A DNA stretch of 63,924 bases, filler included, from Craspedostauros australis (lineage: Eukaryota), in assembly GCA_030167865.1 (NCBI GenBank). It is 16 parts of 16 records of this genome, joined end to end, with 100 filler letters (N's around TTAATTAATTAA, not from the genome) between each part and the next. Parts side by side here need not be neighbours in the genome. Positions count along the whole stretch, not along the records: positions 6,720 to 22,140 come from JALAGF010001471.1; positions 22,241 to 24,005 come from JALAGF010001472.1; 14 more parts are not named here. One strand, written 5' to 3'. Within the stretch, counting starts at the first letter, position 1. Every line of letters begins with the position of its first letter. The translations under genes and the position numbers were made by a program. The notes under the pieces are model-generated. The model searched no databases, was not told the origin of the DNA, and saw only the letters and a program-made list of their open reading frames with translations. Positions 10,860-23,378 of the stretch are shown piece by piece.

Positions 10860-13800
10860 ATGAGATCAGCGTGCCGACCAAAGGACGAATCTTCTCGCGC
10901 TGCTCGTACCACCATGAACCATCGGAAGCGTGACAGCAGCAGCCACAGTGCTACTGGCACGATTCTGAGCGACACCAAACCGAGCCGATGTTCTCAAGCA
11001 TACGCAGCCACAGCATCGTTCACGATGACACAGAAACAGATCGTGTCGTTGATGGTGCTGACGTTGTCGCTATCATCGTTGGTGTGCGTCGACGCAAGTT
11101 CGAACGCAAAGTCGAACCTCGGTCCTGGAAAACCTCTCAGCGTCGTTCCAGTACTACCGTCGGCGTCATCGTCCTCCACATCATCATCATCATCATCATC
11201 GCAACTGAAGTCCCAGCCACAGCCAAACCTGCAGTTACAACTCCAAGGAGGAGAACAATTGCAACTGCCGAATGTGCTGGACGGAGATTCGCTCAGAATA
11301 CAGTTCGTCGCCAGCAAGCTGCATGATCGATTGCGATATGTGCAGGAGGGCAAGCGCAAGTCGGATTTCAGTGTGTGGATTCGGCAGCAGGGTGGGGAGG
11401 CCAGCATCTTCTCGTTTCATGGCACGGATGCGGACTACGCCGATGCATTGATCGATCATGAAAGCTTGGAAGCAGCCGCGGAATCCACGTCAGAAACGAC
11501 GTCCAGGCCAAAGCCCTCGCTGTTCCATTCTCTGTCCTCCACGCTATCGCAAGTGAGTCGACGCAGCGACCCCTTCTTGTCGGATCGCATGGATCTCGGC
11601 CTTGGGTCATCGTCACAGGTGATGCCGGCAACTACAGGCGGTTCCACAAGCAACATGCAAGTTGCAGTAGCGGGCGCTGAGACGAATGCCGGTTCGCGCG
11701 TGACTACTGGCACGGGCACAGCTACGACCTTGTACTACAACGGCACTGTGCAGGAATGGGACGCGTGGGAACCATCGCTGTTTCAACTCGGGTACAGATC
11801 CATCAAGCTCGGCCTGCACTTCGCGCCGGTTCTATCCACAACATGGCTTGCATTTCTGTCGAAATCATTCCGTCAGAACGTTTGGTACCGATGGGTGGCG
11901 ACCTCGTTGGCGTCCAGCGGTGCCGCCTTCATCAAATGGGGACAGTGGGCGTCCACGCGCAGCGACATGTTCCCGCTCAAGCTTTGCGACGAGCTCGCTG
12001 ACCTGCAAAGCTCCGCGCCCGAGCACAGCTGGGACTTTACACAGAGCCTCGTGGAATCCAGCCTGGACATTCCGCGTGGCAGCTTGCTCAAAGTATTTGA
12101 ATCCTTCGGCGAGGAGCCGTTGGCATCCGGCAGCATCGCCCAGGTCCACAAGGCGCAGCTCAAGAGCGGCGAGACTGTCGCTGTCAAGGTCCGTCACCCA
12201 CGCGTGGCGCAGCTCATTGATATGGACTTTCGTCTCATGACCATGCTGGCCAACGTCTGCGATTGGATCCCAGCCTTGAGCTGGCTCCACATCAAGGACT
12301 CGGTGAGCCAGTTCAGCCACACCATGGCCGCGCAGGCTCATCTGCAGGTCGAGGCCTATCACCTCGAAGTCCTCAATCACAACTTCCGAGACTGGGATCA
12401 CGTCCGATTTCCGCAGCCCTTCTTTGCCAGTTCCACCGTCATCATCGAGACGTTCGAGCCTGGTCGTATCATTACGGAAATCATTGACAGGTTCGATTCG
12501 CAAGCAGCAACGTTGGAGGATGACACCCGCGGCTACGATCTCATGCCCCTCGAATTGTCCAAGTTCCTCCTCACCTCCGGTTTGGCGGTCTACATGAAGA
12601 TGCTGCTGGTGGATAATCTCATGGTGAGTGCGGTGAATGTTGCATTTGGCGGGAGTACCATTCTGCGCAAACGATTGAGTAGATGATTGATGGATTGATT
12701 AAAGATTTCGGAGGAAATGAACTGCTCTCCGCGTACGTGCAATGGAAAGCAAACTAACCTGCCTCATTTTCTTTTGCACATCATGTCTTCATGTCACCTC
12801 TATTTGCGTTGCGACAACAGCATGCGGATTTGCACCCAGGTACGTCATGCGTGTGTGTGTGTGCGTCTGCGAGTCTCTGCTCGTTTGTGTTTGGAAAGCA
12901 TCCTAGATTGTCACGTCGCTTTTGTCTTTGCAATTCTCGAAGGTTGCTGTCTACGTGCGTTGTCCCTCATGATGCCTGACGCATGAACCAAGTGACAAGT
13001 CAGTAACTGACATTCTCTCCCACATTTCATCAAACGTATACGCATACAATGCTCCGACACAATCATGGAATGAATCAATGAATCAACCAACCAATCGATA
13101 AACTCTGTTGCATCAGGCAATATCATGTTTGACCTCGGGCCAGTCTCGCAAACGTCAAAGCAACAAGCCATCACGCTGGTCGACGCCGGCATGGTCGCAC
13201 AGCTGTCGGATGCGGAAAGCGCAAACTTCATCGGCCTCATCATCTGCTTGGGCGAAGGCGATGGACGCCGGGCAGCAGAGTTCGCCCTCAAGTTCTCCAG
13301 CAACAACCAAAACATGGAGCCAAAGCGGCGCGAGGCATTCATTGACGGCATGGAGGCCATGTTCGCCGTGAAATGCAGAGGATACGGCACGAACGTGAAT
13401 GCTGGCAACGTTCTGCGCGGCGTTCTGAGTTTAATCAACGATCACCATATCCGCATCGAGGCCAACTACGCGACGCTGGTCATCAACGTGCTGTGCATCG
13501 AGTCGATGGGACATAGTCTATGCCCCAGCTACAATTTGCTGGATGCGTCGAAACCCTTGCTGCGGACGTATCAAAGGATCTGCTTTGAGAAGGATGGCTT
13601 GACTCCCAGACGTGATCCGCGATTTCTGAAGGTACGCGTGCGAATGTGGCGGTTGCAGGGTTGCAGACTGGAATAAGACCGTTGGTACCAGTACTGTGGC
13701 CATGCTCCCTTGAATGTCCCAAGCTTCGCTTTTCCATTCTGTGCTGTACTGTATTGTGCTGCCGTGGAGATTGATTGCTCACAACAGTTCTTTTCCAACC

Positions 13801-14012
13801 ATCAAACGATAATGTCGTGCACAACAACACATGCTACCACACCTGATATGACGGCATCCTGCTCATGCAACACGCAAATGCAGAAAGTACGGCAGATCAT
13901 GCCGATCATGTACAGACGGAAAGATCGTCGCGACGCCATATTCTTCAAAAAGATCGAGAATCAGAGACGGGCAAAGGCATTCGCAGACAGGCAAAAGGAG
14001 ATGCAAAAATGA
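10860..14012 (+). CDS. ABC1/UbiB (ADCK2-like) atypical kinase; exons 10860-12623, 12821-12839, 13117-13631, 13884-14012
   Basis: AFIKWGQWASTRSD, ASGSIAQVHKA, VAVKVRHP, spliced HADLHPGNIM and LVDAGMV. All three introns have GT..AG ends and keep the frame. Start codon uncertain. Confidence 0.9.
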
Positions 14013-14626
14013 ATGTTGCTGGAGGCAGATATGTTATTATTTGTGGAGCACTCTGCGCCATCTCCGTACTCGTACAAGGGCACACACTGCAGCATGTTAC
14101 AGGATACTTTCGCCGTGCGAGCTACCAGTTGCAATACTCGTAGATCAGAGTTTGGCTCCCAGTTCGTACTCGTACGACTAGTCGTACGTATTCCTCCACT
14201 TCCGCCATGGTCCACCCAAAATGTGAAGAGCGATGGGTGAACGTCCTGATTGTGATCGGCAAAAAATGGGATTGTCCGAGGACGGCGCTTGTTTTCGTTC
14301 CTGTTCTTCCGTCTTCGTCACGTGACGTCATGGATTCACCACGTTTGAAGCAGTTGTTCGGACAGCAATCACGAACCGAATTGTTCCCAAGTTCGTTTGT
14401 TCTTGTTGGTGTCACGAACACGAAAACGTCGATTCACAGTGACGCCAACAACACAACCCAAAAGCTACCCACCATCTCCACCTTCACGTCCTCCTTTCAG
14501 TTTCACTTGCAATGCACGAATAGGAAGGAGCAACAGCCCGCACAACACCATCAGCACGAATAAGCACAACCTCGTTGGCTCAGAGGACAAGACCACAGCT
14601 ACCATACTCGTCCTCAACGCACACCG

Positions 14627-15922
14627 ATGAGCGGCAAGAGCGTGCTGGGAAAGCTGTTCCAGGCCAGATTCCGCGGTGATGCGGAGCTGCGTCGTGTGAT
14701 CGACAAGCCCAAGCGAGGGCGTCGTGCACGCGGTGGTACCGAGAGAGGTCCCAACGGCGCCTTCCGCAAGGCCAGCAGCCCCCAGTTCCTCACGGGCATC
14801 CACAATGGCAACTACTTCCGCATCAAGCTGCCGCCGAAGCAGCCCAAGTTCCCAAACGTGCCCAAGCTGCCGTTGCCGACCGCGGCACCGAAACCGTTCG
14901 TGCCGCCCGGCGGAACCCAACCGCTGGCTCAGGAAATTCAGCAGGCGGCCGGCGGGGTGCACAAGACGTTGCCGCGTCGGTTGCTAGGCTGGGCAAGAGC
15001 CAATGCAGCGGTGCTCATTCTCAATTTTGGCTCCGTCTGCACGTTGGTGGGGTTCACCCGATCGGATATATTGGACCTGAGATCGTTCTCCATGGTGGGA
15101 TCCTTGGGTTCGGTCATGTACATCTCCATGCAGCCGAGGATTCTGTGGCCGTCTGTGATCTGGTCGGCGACCTTCGCCGCAGTCAATGCATTCAAGATCT
15201 ACGGCATCCTGCAGGAACGCAACGCCCACGTCCCCATGTCGGATGACGAAGAGGATATCTTCGTGGAGCATTTCATGTTGCACGGAGTCACGCCAAAGCA
15301 ATTCGAACGCATCATGAAGAGCGCCAAGCGCATTCCGGTGCCGCAGGGCCAGTTCCTCATCCGCAAAGGCGAGCCCATGGAGAATCTGTTCCTGGTCGTG
15401 AAGGGGTCCACACGCGCGCACATTTTGGGTCGGCACCTGACGGCGGCATCAACGGATCACATCCGAAAGGGTGAGACGAGGGAGGGTGGCAACTCCGGGG
15501 CCTGGATCGGCGAGATGGCCTTCCTGGACTACTATTGGGCGAAGCAGCAGGGCCAGGAGAGTGAGGAGGTGTCGAAGTCCATCTACACCATCTGCGCGCA
15601 CACCGACTGCGAGGTGCTGGCCTGGTCACACAGCGACATGGAGAGCCTTATGGAGAGTTCAACAGATGTGCGAGCCGCGTTGACGCGTGCCATGACGTCG
15701 GCGCTGGTCGGCAAGGTCGTGAATATGACCATCAGCAGGAGCAGCAAGGTGTTGCCGAATTGGTCGTCGTGGCTGGCGGACTGGCGCAGCAGCGACGGGC
15801 TCACCGTGCGATTGCACTCCGTCGAGGGGTTGCCTGAGGACAAGCGAGGCTTCAGACTCGAACCGGAACAGCAACAGCAACAGCAACAGCAACAGTTGCA
15901 ACAACAGCCCAGGGTGGCTTAG
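14627..15922 (+). CDS. Popeye-domain / cyclic-nucleotide-binding membrane protein
   Basis: Three TM segments (LNFGSVCTLVGFTRSDILDLRSF...WSATFAAVNAFKI), then EEDIFVEHFMLHGVTPKQFERI and a cNMP barrel (LIRKGE..LFLVVKG..WIGEMAFL..CEVLAW). Confidence 0.8.
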   Translation: MSGKSVLGKLFQARFRGDAELRRVIDKPKRGRRARGGTERGPNGAFRKASSPQFLTGIHNGNYFRIKLPPKQPKFPNVPKLPLPTAAPKPFVPPGGTQPLAQEIQQAAGGVHKTLPRRLLGWARANAAVLILNFGSVCTLVGFTRSDILDLRSFSMVGSLGSVMYISMQPRILWPSVIWSATFAAVNAFKIYGILQERNAHVPMSDDEEDIFVEHFMLHGVTPKQFERIMKSAKRIPVPQGQFLIRKGEPMENLFLVVKGSTRAHILGRHLTAASTDHIRKGETREGGNSGAWIGEMAFLDYYWAKQQGQESEEVSKSIYTICAHTDCEVLAWSHSDMESLMESSTDVRAALTRAMTSALVGKVVNMTISRSSKVLPNWSSWLADWRSSDGLTVRLHSVEGLPEDKRGFRLEPEQQQQQQQQQLQQQPRVA

Positions 15923-16055
15923 CTTCCTGCGTCTGCCATTGTTGACACCAATCGCAGTGATGGGCATTTCGTTGGACTATTGAATCAACAATCACACAGA
16001 AGAAGAGTACCATACTCGCACTTAGCTCGTGACATTGACCGTTGATCATGTGTCG

Positions 16056-16112
16056 TACCATACCATACCATACCATACCATACCATACCATACCATACCA
16101 TACCATACCATA
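16056..16112. repeat. (TACCA)n microsatellite, about 11 copies
   Basis: Directly visible in the sequence. Confidence 0.95.
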
Positions 16113-16517
16113 CTCCTTCTACATTTGTACTCGCTATGCTGCACACATGCAATCGTCCTTGTGATATCGCTACTTGGTGCCGACAACGCACAAGACTCCA
16201 GGGCCATTGCGAAACCCCATCTTGGAGAGCACTTCCAGTTTGGATCCAACGAATGAACTGCCTACCAGTACGAGTACGAGTTCGAGCAGAGAGTACATCA
16301 CCATCGACGAGCAAAAGAGTGCTCTTGAGAGATACTATATAATAGATAGGTATATTCCACGAGCACATTGTTCCTCTACTCAATATGGTTATCGTGTTGT
16401 AGAGCATGGTAGCAAATGCTGTTGCTCTACTCCATTCTATGATATTTGTGTGGTAGAGCAGTCCTCTGTGTTCAAGTTAGCAGCTTTCTCTGAACGCTCG
16501 GACATACTAATGTTGCT

Positions 16518-17102
16518 CTAGTACGTTGGCTCAGGACAAGTCCATCCATCGGCAGTGAGCGCGGTGATGAGGTACTGCAATCGCTTCTTGTTGACACCGA
16601 GATCGGATTCGCCGATGCGCGAGGACGAACGAACCTCGACGACGCCGCTGCTGGCGATCTCGAGCTTGAGATCATCGATGAAGGGCTTGCCGCCGTTGAA
16701 GAACTTGGCGAAGTTGCCAATGCCCGACTTGTACTCGATGCGGGCGCTGCCGTTGGCGAAGTTGTCCTCCACGATGGTCCAGCCGCCGAGATCGGCCTTG
16801 TTCTGTCCCTCCTGCGGGTATGCCTCGATGGCCTTGCGCAACGAGGCGGTGGCATCGGCCTGGCTGGATCCGGCCGGTGGCACCCACTGCGTGCGGATGC
16901 AGTTCTGCGACTTGGCGGGGCATGCCTCGAGGGCGCTGGCCGGTGTGGCGGAAGCAGCGGCAATGGAGGCAACGCCGAAGGCTGCGGCCGCCGTCTTGGA
17001 GAAGGCGGCGCGACGGCTCACTTCGGCGCCATTGCCGTTGTTGATGCTGTACGCCGAAGCACAAGCGACGCAGAGCGCAAGGATGGCTGTAGTGATACGC
17101 AT
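16518..17102 (-). CDS. DUF1499-family protein with a tripartite thylakoid-lumen presequence
   Basis: Signal peptide ending ASA|Y, twin-Arg SRRAAF, AxA cleavage site ASA|LEACP. Core motifs CPAKSQNCI, FIDDLKLEI and VRSSSRIGESDLGVNKKRL. Confidence 0.88.
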   Translation of the reverse strand: MRITTAILALCVACASAYSINNGNGAEVSRRAAFSKTAAAAFGVASIAAASATPASALEACPAKSQNCIRTQWVPPAGSSQADATASLRKAIEAYPQEGQNKADLGGWTIVEDNFANGSARIEYKSGIGNFAKFFNGGKPFIDDLKLEIASSGVVEVRSSSRIGESDLGVNKKRLQYLITALTADGWTCPEPTY

Positions 17103-18517
17103 GGTATTGTTCTCTGTTGCAGTTGATTACTGTTGGTCGTCGTTGGGTTGGGGTACGTATGAGTAAGATACTGGGATGAAGAGGACGAGCTTTGGAAGTC
17201 TACGTGCTTTTGGACAAGTACTGTGGCCGTTACAAAAGGAGAGGACAGGATCATGGGCGGTGGCGATTCCGTTGATGTGGAGAGCGTCAGTGCCATGAGA
17301 ATCTTCGATCTTCCACTGTGTCACTTCATCTCTCTGCGTATCTTTTTGGCGGTTGATTCCTGGTGACGTACCCAAGAATCGACGATTCGTGACTGGGCGC
17401 CATGCAGCTTCTGCACTGGTGTGGGTAGACTGCGCGGCAAGAGGAGGACATGTCACCGCGCTTCTGTCTGTCTAATCTTCACTCGTACGAATAATCGAGA
17501 GCGCCATTATTCAAAGAGGGCCATTCGGAAACTGTTGCATGTATTATTTGATGTCTGCAAGGAGATGAAAGAGCACACGCTGGTGGCTCCCACGCATGAC
17601 CAAGTGTTGGAAGAGTCTAAGGTGGTGCTCAACTGCAACTGTCTTCAGTTTCTCGAGTTTCCGCTTTGACACGCGATACCGTATCTGAAAATGGGTCTTT
17701 CTTGTGGTTGTCGACACCAATCTGGACAAACATGTGCGCATGTGTTTGTTGTGTTTGTTGTGTTTGCGTGTAACTCGTATTATTCTATTCTAGAATATGC
17801 CGAGAGCAATTAAAGTCCAGACTGCTTCGTTGAGCTTTAGTTTCAATCATTAGGCAATGCGCTTCCGCTCGTAATCGTACAACTGCATCGGTACACCTCT
17901 TTTCCCAGCTCCTTCGGGTCGCTTCCTTGCATTTCTCTGGGCGTCAACCTGCCAGCAACGCCGTTGACGCAGAACACGAGCCATGGTCGCGCCCTCCCAT
18001 CGCCACGACGAGCCAAGTCCCACGAGATCGACACGAGTAACTTCGATCAAACCGAACAAATCGAACCCGACTCACGACTAAGTCCGTGCACAACAGACGA
18101 CACACGAGGCCATTCGCAAGGCGACACGAGGCGGTCATGAAGAAAATCCAAGAAAACACGCCTGGAAAATTTCACTTTACCACACAACTCCACGTAGTAT
18201 TTCCTCGCTTTCCAAGATTTCCCTCGACGTCAAGAAGGGCGGAATTCTGTTGCTGTTGCCACCAACACAAGGAATCAACGCGAATCACAAGGAAAGAGTG
18301 TGTGCGTCCAAACAAACGCAAAACACAGCAGTGGCACACGCAACGGTCTGCAGAAACAGAACACTGGCGACACAAATCCGAGATCTGCTTCCTCGGGCCA
18401 CACAGAACAGCAGCACCAACCAGAACATCAACCATCACCACAACACAACACAACACCCAAACTCGCTCAACTCCTCAACCACCAACGCACAGAACAAAGT
18501 CCCCATCATCATCCACC

Positions 18518-21500
18518 ATGGCGAGTTTCGTCGAGGCAAACAGCAACTTCGTTCTCAAGCTGAAGATCGAGGTCGAGAATGGTGAGTTCGCAGGCTGTTG
18601 TCTGTCGATGCTCTGATGTTGCGATCCGCGTTGCTGATGGCGTCTGAAGAATCTGTCCCGAATTTGTTCCGTGGCGCTGGTGTCAACAGCCTCCGCGTAG
18701 AATTCAGTACTCGTTGTACGCAAACATGGAGATCCTGAGTCTCATCCCTGTTTGAGGTTTTTCTGCGCCGGGTGCACCGAGCGCTCTGGTGTGTTGGTTA
18801 ACTCGTATCCCATCCTGCTGCATCGCACACCGGCTTCTCACCATCACCACCGCCGCCACTACGATCGCTTGCCACACCACCGACAATGCAAATGGCAATC
18901 GCAACTGTAATGATACGCTCTGAAACGCTTCACAGGAAAACCGCAAATCCGACGCGTGAAGCTTCCTCGCATCGCAGATGGCAACGGCGATGTGTCGTAC
19001 GATGAGCTCTGCGGTCTTGCCGTGACCTTTGTCTTTCCAGATGCATCCTGCCCAAGCAACTACCATGTCATGTTGACGTACAAAGATGTCGATCAAGATG
19101 ATGTGACCATCGCCTCGAACGAGGAGCTCCTCGATGCAGTGGAGCAGTTCGCTGACAAGGGCATACTGCGCATCACAGGCGAAGTGCGTCCCAAGAACCC
19201 CAATCACATCAACCACGCCAAGCCGCTGTCTCAATCGACCATTGCGCAGGTGTCATCGCCGTCCGCAGCCACAGGACCTAGGGACTCAGGAGGCTCCCAG
19301 CCTGTCGCAGGAACGGCAACAACAGGAACAGCAAGTGCGGAACCTGTCGTTGCCAGCAACGCGAACGCCAGTGCGCAGGCACCCACCAAACCGGATGAGA
19401 CCGATGAGCCTGCCTCCAACATTGCGGCTGCAGTCCAAGCAGCAGCAACCGCGACCGCAACGGCAGCATCCCGCGGAGCAGACCAGAACGTCCAAAACGT
19501 CCTCGAGTCCTTCGTCGGCGTGCTGGCAAACGCCGTCATCAACCTCGAAAAGGGACTTGCGCAACCAGCCAAGGCGGCGTCGAAGGATGTCGCTCACAAT
19601 GTCACTAACACCGCCAAGGCCGTGCGCAAGAGTGCCTCCGCCACTGCCACTGGTGCTGCCAAGGTGGCAACTGATGCCTCAAACGAAGTTGTGATGACTG
19701 CCAAGCGAGTCTCCCGAGATGTGAGGAAGACAGCCAAGGCCGCGTCCAACGATGTCGCCAAGACAGCCAAGCAAGTCTCCCGTTCCGTGACCAGCAGCGT
19801 CGATGCTCTGTCCGCGCCGCTCACGAAGAAGCAGCCAACCAAAAAGCCCGCACCAAAGCCAGCGCCCAAGGCGAAAGAGGAGGCAGAGGAGCAGAAGGAG
19901 GAGGCCCGCCCCTTCATCCACGGCCGTCATACGTGCGACGGCTGCCTGTGCACACCCGTGGTGGGTCCCCGCTATCATGCCGTCAACGTCGACGACTACG
20001 ATCTTTGCCAGAAGTGCTTCAACAACTACCGCGGCTCCGAAATCACATTCGCGTCTGTAGAACTCGACCGTGATGCCAAGCACCAGCAGCGCTGGTGGAA
20101 CCGCCACGAAGCTCGTCAACAGAGACTCAGCCGCGCCCGACGTCCAAGTTCGGGATCGGACGGCAGGAAGAAGAACGCCAAGCCCAAGAGCGACAACACC
20201 AAGCGTGGACACAACACCCCACCATCAGCCGCAAACCCAGCCACACAAGCAAAATCTCCCACCACGTCTCCTAATGCCCACACGAAGAAGCCAGCCCCAA
20301 CGACGGAGGCTCATCGAAGCGCCACGGCACCCGCCGAGTCTCGCGCTTTCCACATCAGGAGCCGTCCGCCTTTCACTCCCACGCAGATTTTGCCCACACC
20401 ACACGGGGCACAAATGGGTCCGTACTTCCCATGGAATTCAACTGACCCTGCTGTGCAGGCGCACATGATGGATCACATGGCCCCGCACATGGATGCTCAC
20501 TCGCACCCCTACGGACACTTCAATGCGCATGCGAATGCACATGAAATGGCACACCGCAGCAACGGATCTGCGGACTATGACCGTGCACTCGAAGAGGCCA
20601 TTCGTCGAAGCCTCCGAGATGCTCCCAACAACCCAGAGGCAAAGGAAGATGTCAAGAAGCCAGCGGCACCAACGTCTGTGACGACCGCTAGCACCGCCGC
20701 ACCCACAAATGCGAGCGTGAGCGTGAGCACAGAGATCCCCAATGTTCCCACCGACATCGAGACAGGCACCCCGTACAGTCCTCCACGCACTGACGAAGTG
20801 CAAGCTGCGGAACCGCTGCCGGCACCGGAGGTTCCAAAGACTCCTGTTGAACCAGAGATGGAACCACAGAAGGTGGTCGCGCAAGAGCCAGAGCCAGACA
20901 TTGTTGTCGAATCACCAGCAGCACCAGTCACCAAGGTCGCACCAACTGCGACGCTCATCGTCGACACCACCACTGCCGCCAGCGCACCTACCGTTGTCGT
21001 TGTCGAGACCGTCGACGAGGCCGCCTCGGAAGCGAACACCACCGAAGCCGCAGCAGCCGACACATCAGCAGCAGATGAAAAGACCAAGGTGGATGTGCAC
21101 GGAGAAGTTGCCGAAGACGAGGGCGTCCCAGAAGTTCAGGCTGAGCCAGAGCCAGAACCATCCACCAATGAACAAGACGTAGAGACCGCTTCGTCTGCTT
21201 CAGCGAGCATCGCATTCATCGAGAAGAGCGACGCAACCACCGACAGCAATACGGATCAGCTTACCAATCCTGCTTCCTCATCCTCCGAAGCAAATGTCTC
21301 ATTCAAGGAAGATGCCGTCGGCAGCGGCGAGCTCGCCGAAGCCATGGGGGATACCTTCGACACCGTGGCAACCGTCATCGACGAGATGCTAAGCGATACC
21401 TTGGGAAGCTGTGCCGATAACGTTGAGCCAGCAGCGGATGACGTTAGCCTCGCTCTTTCCGATGAAGAACCAACGTTGTACACTGGCGCCACAATCGTGG

Positions 21501-22048
21501 ATGGCGCCGCAAGCACTGTGCGATCGTCCGAGATGTTCGGCAGTGTTGGGTGTGAGTGGGAAGTCGTGACCACTGATGACTGTAACTCTGACGTCGCGGG
21601 GGGTAGCGGTGAGGCTGCCGATGCCTCCGCCGCCACTCGCAACGATGTGGGAGCCGCAGCCATTATGATGGGATCCGGATCCCTGGAGAACGACGACAGC
21701 ACCAATTCTGACGAGGACGACGAAGACAGCCAGAGCAGCCAAAGCGAGGGTGACGACAGCACAACTTCTCCGACAACGTCCTCGGACGAGGATGGCTCCG
21801 AGTTCTCCATGCCGTCATCCGTGCCATCTGAGATGTCTTCCTTCGCCTCCTGCACGACTTCAAAAGTGACCACGGACCAGCGCACCGCATGGCAGTCGGA
21901 GCTGAGCAAGCCTGACGAGAATGGACCCATGGATGAGGATGCCTCCGCCAAAGCCCTCGAACGCGTCCAGGCCGCGAACATTGGAGCCGACAGTGATGAG
22001 CGACCCAGCCTCAACGGTGCCACCACCTGGCTCTTTGGCAATTCCTAA
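18518..22048 (+). CDS. p62/NBR1-like selective autophagy receptor (PB1, ZZ, UIM, LIR, degenerate UBA); exons 18518-18581 and 18936-22048
   Basis: Spliced PB1 VLKLK..QIRR..YKDVDQDDVTIASNEELLDA. ZZ HGRHTCDGC..GPRYH..DYDLCQKC. UIM DRALEEAIRRSL. LIR-like EWEVV. UBA-like C-terminus. GTGAGT..CAG intron keeps the frame. Confidence 0.82.
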
Positions 22049-22240
22049 GCTGAAGCAGACTAGGTGCAACCACCAACGGCCGGCCCCGTTGCAACCCAAA
22101 AGAGAGGGCGATCAACGCTCGAAACTGAAATCACGCCAGTNNNNNNNNNNNNNNNNNNNNNNNNNNNNNNNNNNNNNNNNNNNNTTAATTAATTAANNNN
22201 NNNNNNNNNNNNNNNNNNNNNNNNNNNNNNNNNNNNNNNN

Positions 22241-22370
22241 CAATTGATGACGGGGATCCAGGTGTTTTGCAGTGGGAGAGCCAAGAGTGATGGTATTGAT
22301 GACGAGTACAGTTGTATGTTCATGATGGACCTGTACAAGGTTGTAGATGAGGATGAGGGCACAGTACTAT
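22241..22370 (+). pseudogene. 3' fragment of a paralog of the ankyrin-BTB gene
   Basis: Aligns by eye to 53848-53970 (…FCSGRAKSDGIDDEYSCMFMMDLYKVVDEDEGT). Confidence 0.7.
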
Positions 22371-23378
22371 ATCTGCGTGTCCAATAGAATGCTGTGATGA
22401 AGTGACCAGATGTTTGAAGAGATCGAAGGCCTGGATACTGCTCCCATGCTGCCTCCTCCTTGTCTATGACTTGTCCGGTCCGCTCTCGACAGTACAAACG
22501 CACACAGGGATGCTGCCGATGCCATTCCCAAGCAGATTGGACGTCTGTGGTTCCATCCGCACTCTGCCATGAGCATCGTTGTTGGTTCGTTGCGCAGACA
22601 ATGGACACATGGCAGCACCATTTTCACAAGCTGTGCAGTCGTCACCGTGCCGCCGGATTCGCACATAGAGCATTCTAATCCAAGTCACACTGCCAAGCAG
22701 ATCCAAAGCGACAGTGCCAATGCCAGCTGATCCAAGTTTGTGGAAGAGACCATCCACGAAGAGTACATGGCGAACAAGGAAGAGAGACATGATGAGAAGC
22801 CACGAGGAGCATAGTTGCTGTGCAGTTGCATCGACCGTCCGGTATCGCCGTATCGTTTTCATCTATCCATGAGTTGTACTTCCGCCATTTTGCCCAAACT
22901 GCAGTCGAGACCCTTGCCAATTCCCAGCAGGAGTGATCATTCACTGTTGGAGCAACAATTGTCAGGGTCACCATCCATTCCAATCTTCGAAGAGACCAGT
23001 GCCAGTGTGGCGGAAAGACAAGAACCGACGAGCCAGCCCAGTCCAAGCATCCAGAGAGCTTGACGAGCAAAAGAAGAAACCAACAAACGAACCAACGAAC
23101 CAACGAACCAACGAACCAACCAGCAACCCCATGCAGAGTGTGAGTGCAGTATTGCGGATCATGGTTGACACAGAGTTTCCGTATGGTAGAAGAAGCACAT
23201 GGTCAGCGATCCATGGCCCATGCGCACCGTATACCCACATGTCCTCCTTTGTGGTGTTCCCAACTTCATTTGTGAGGCGGATGTTCCTGTCAATCACCTC
23301 GGTTGAGCATCGATGCTCTGCAAGTCGTGAGCCAAGACGGCGGTGCTCATGCCTCAGGATAGAATGCGCATGGTATGA

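Noticed and set aside
16056..16112. Telomeric repeat or MVWYG-repeat peptide
   Set aside because: Internal pentamer microsatellite in a 3' intergenic region, not TTAGGG-like.
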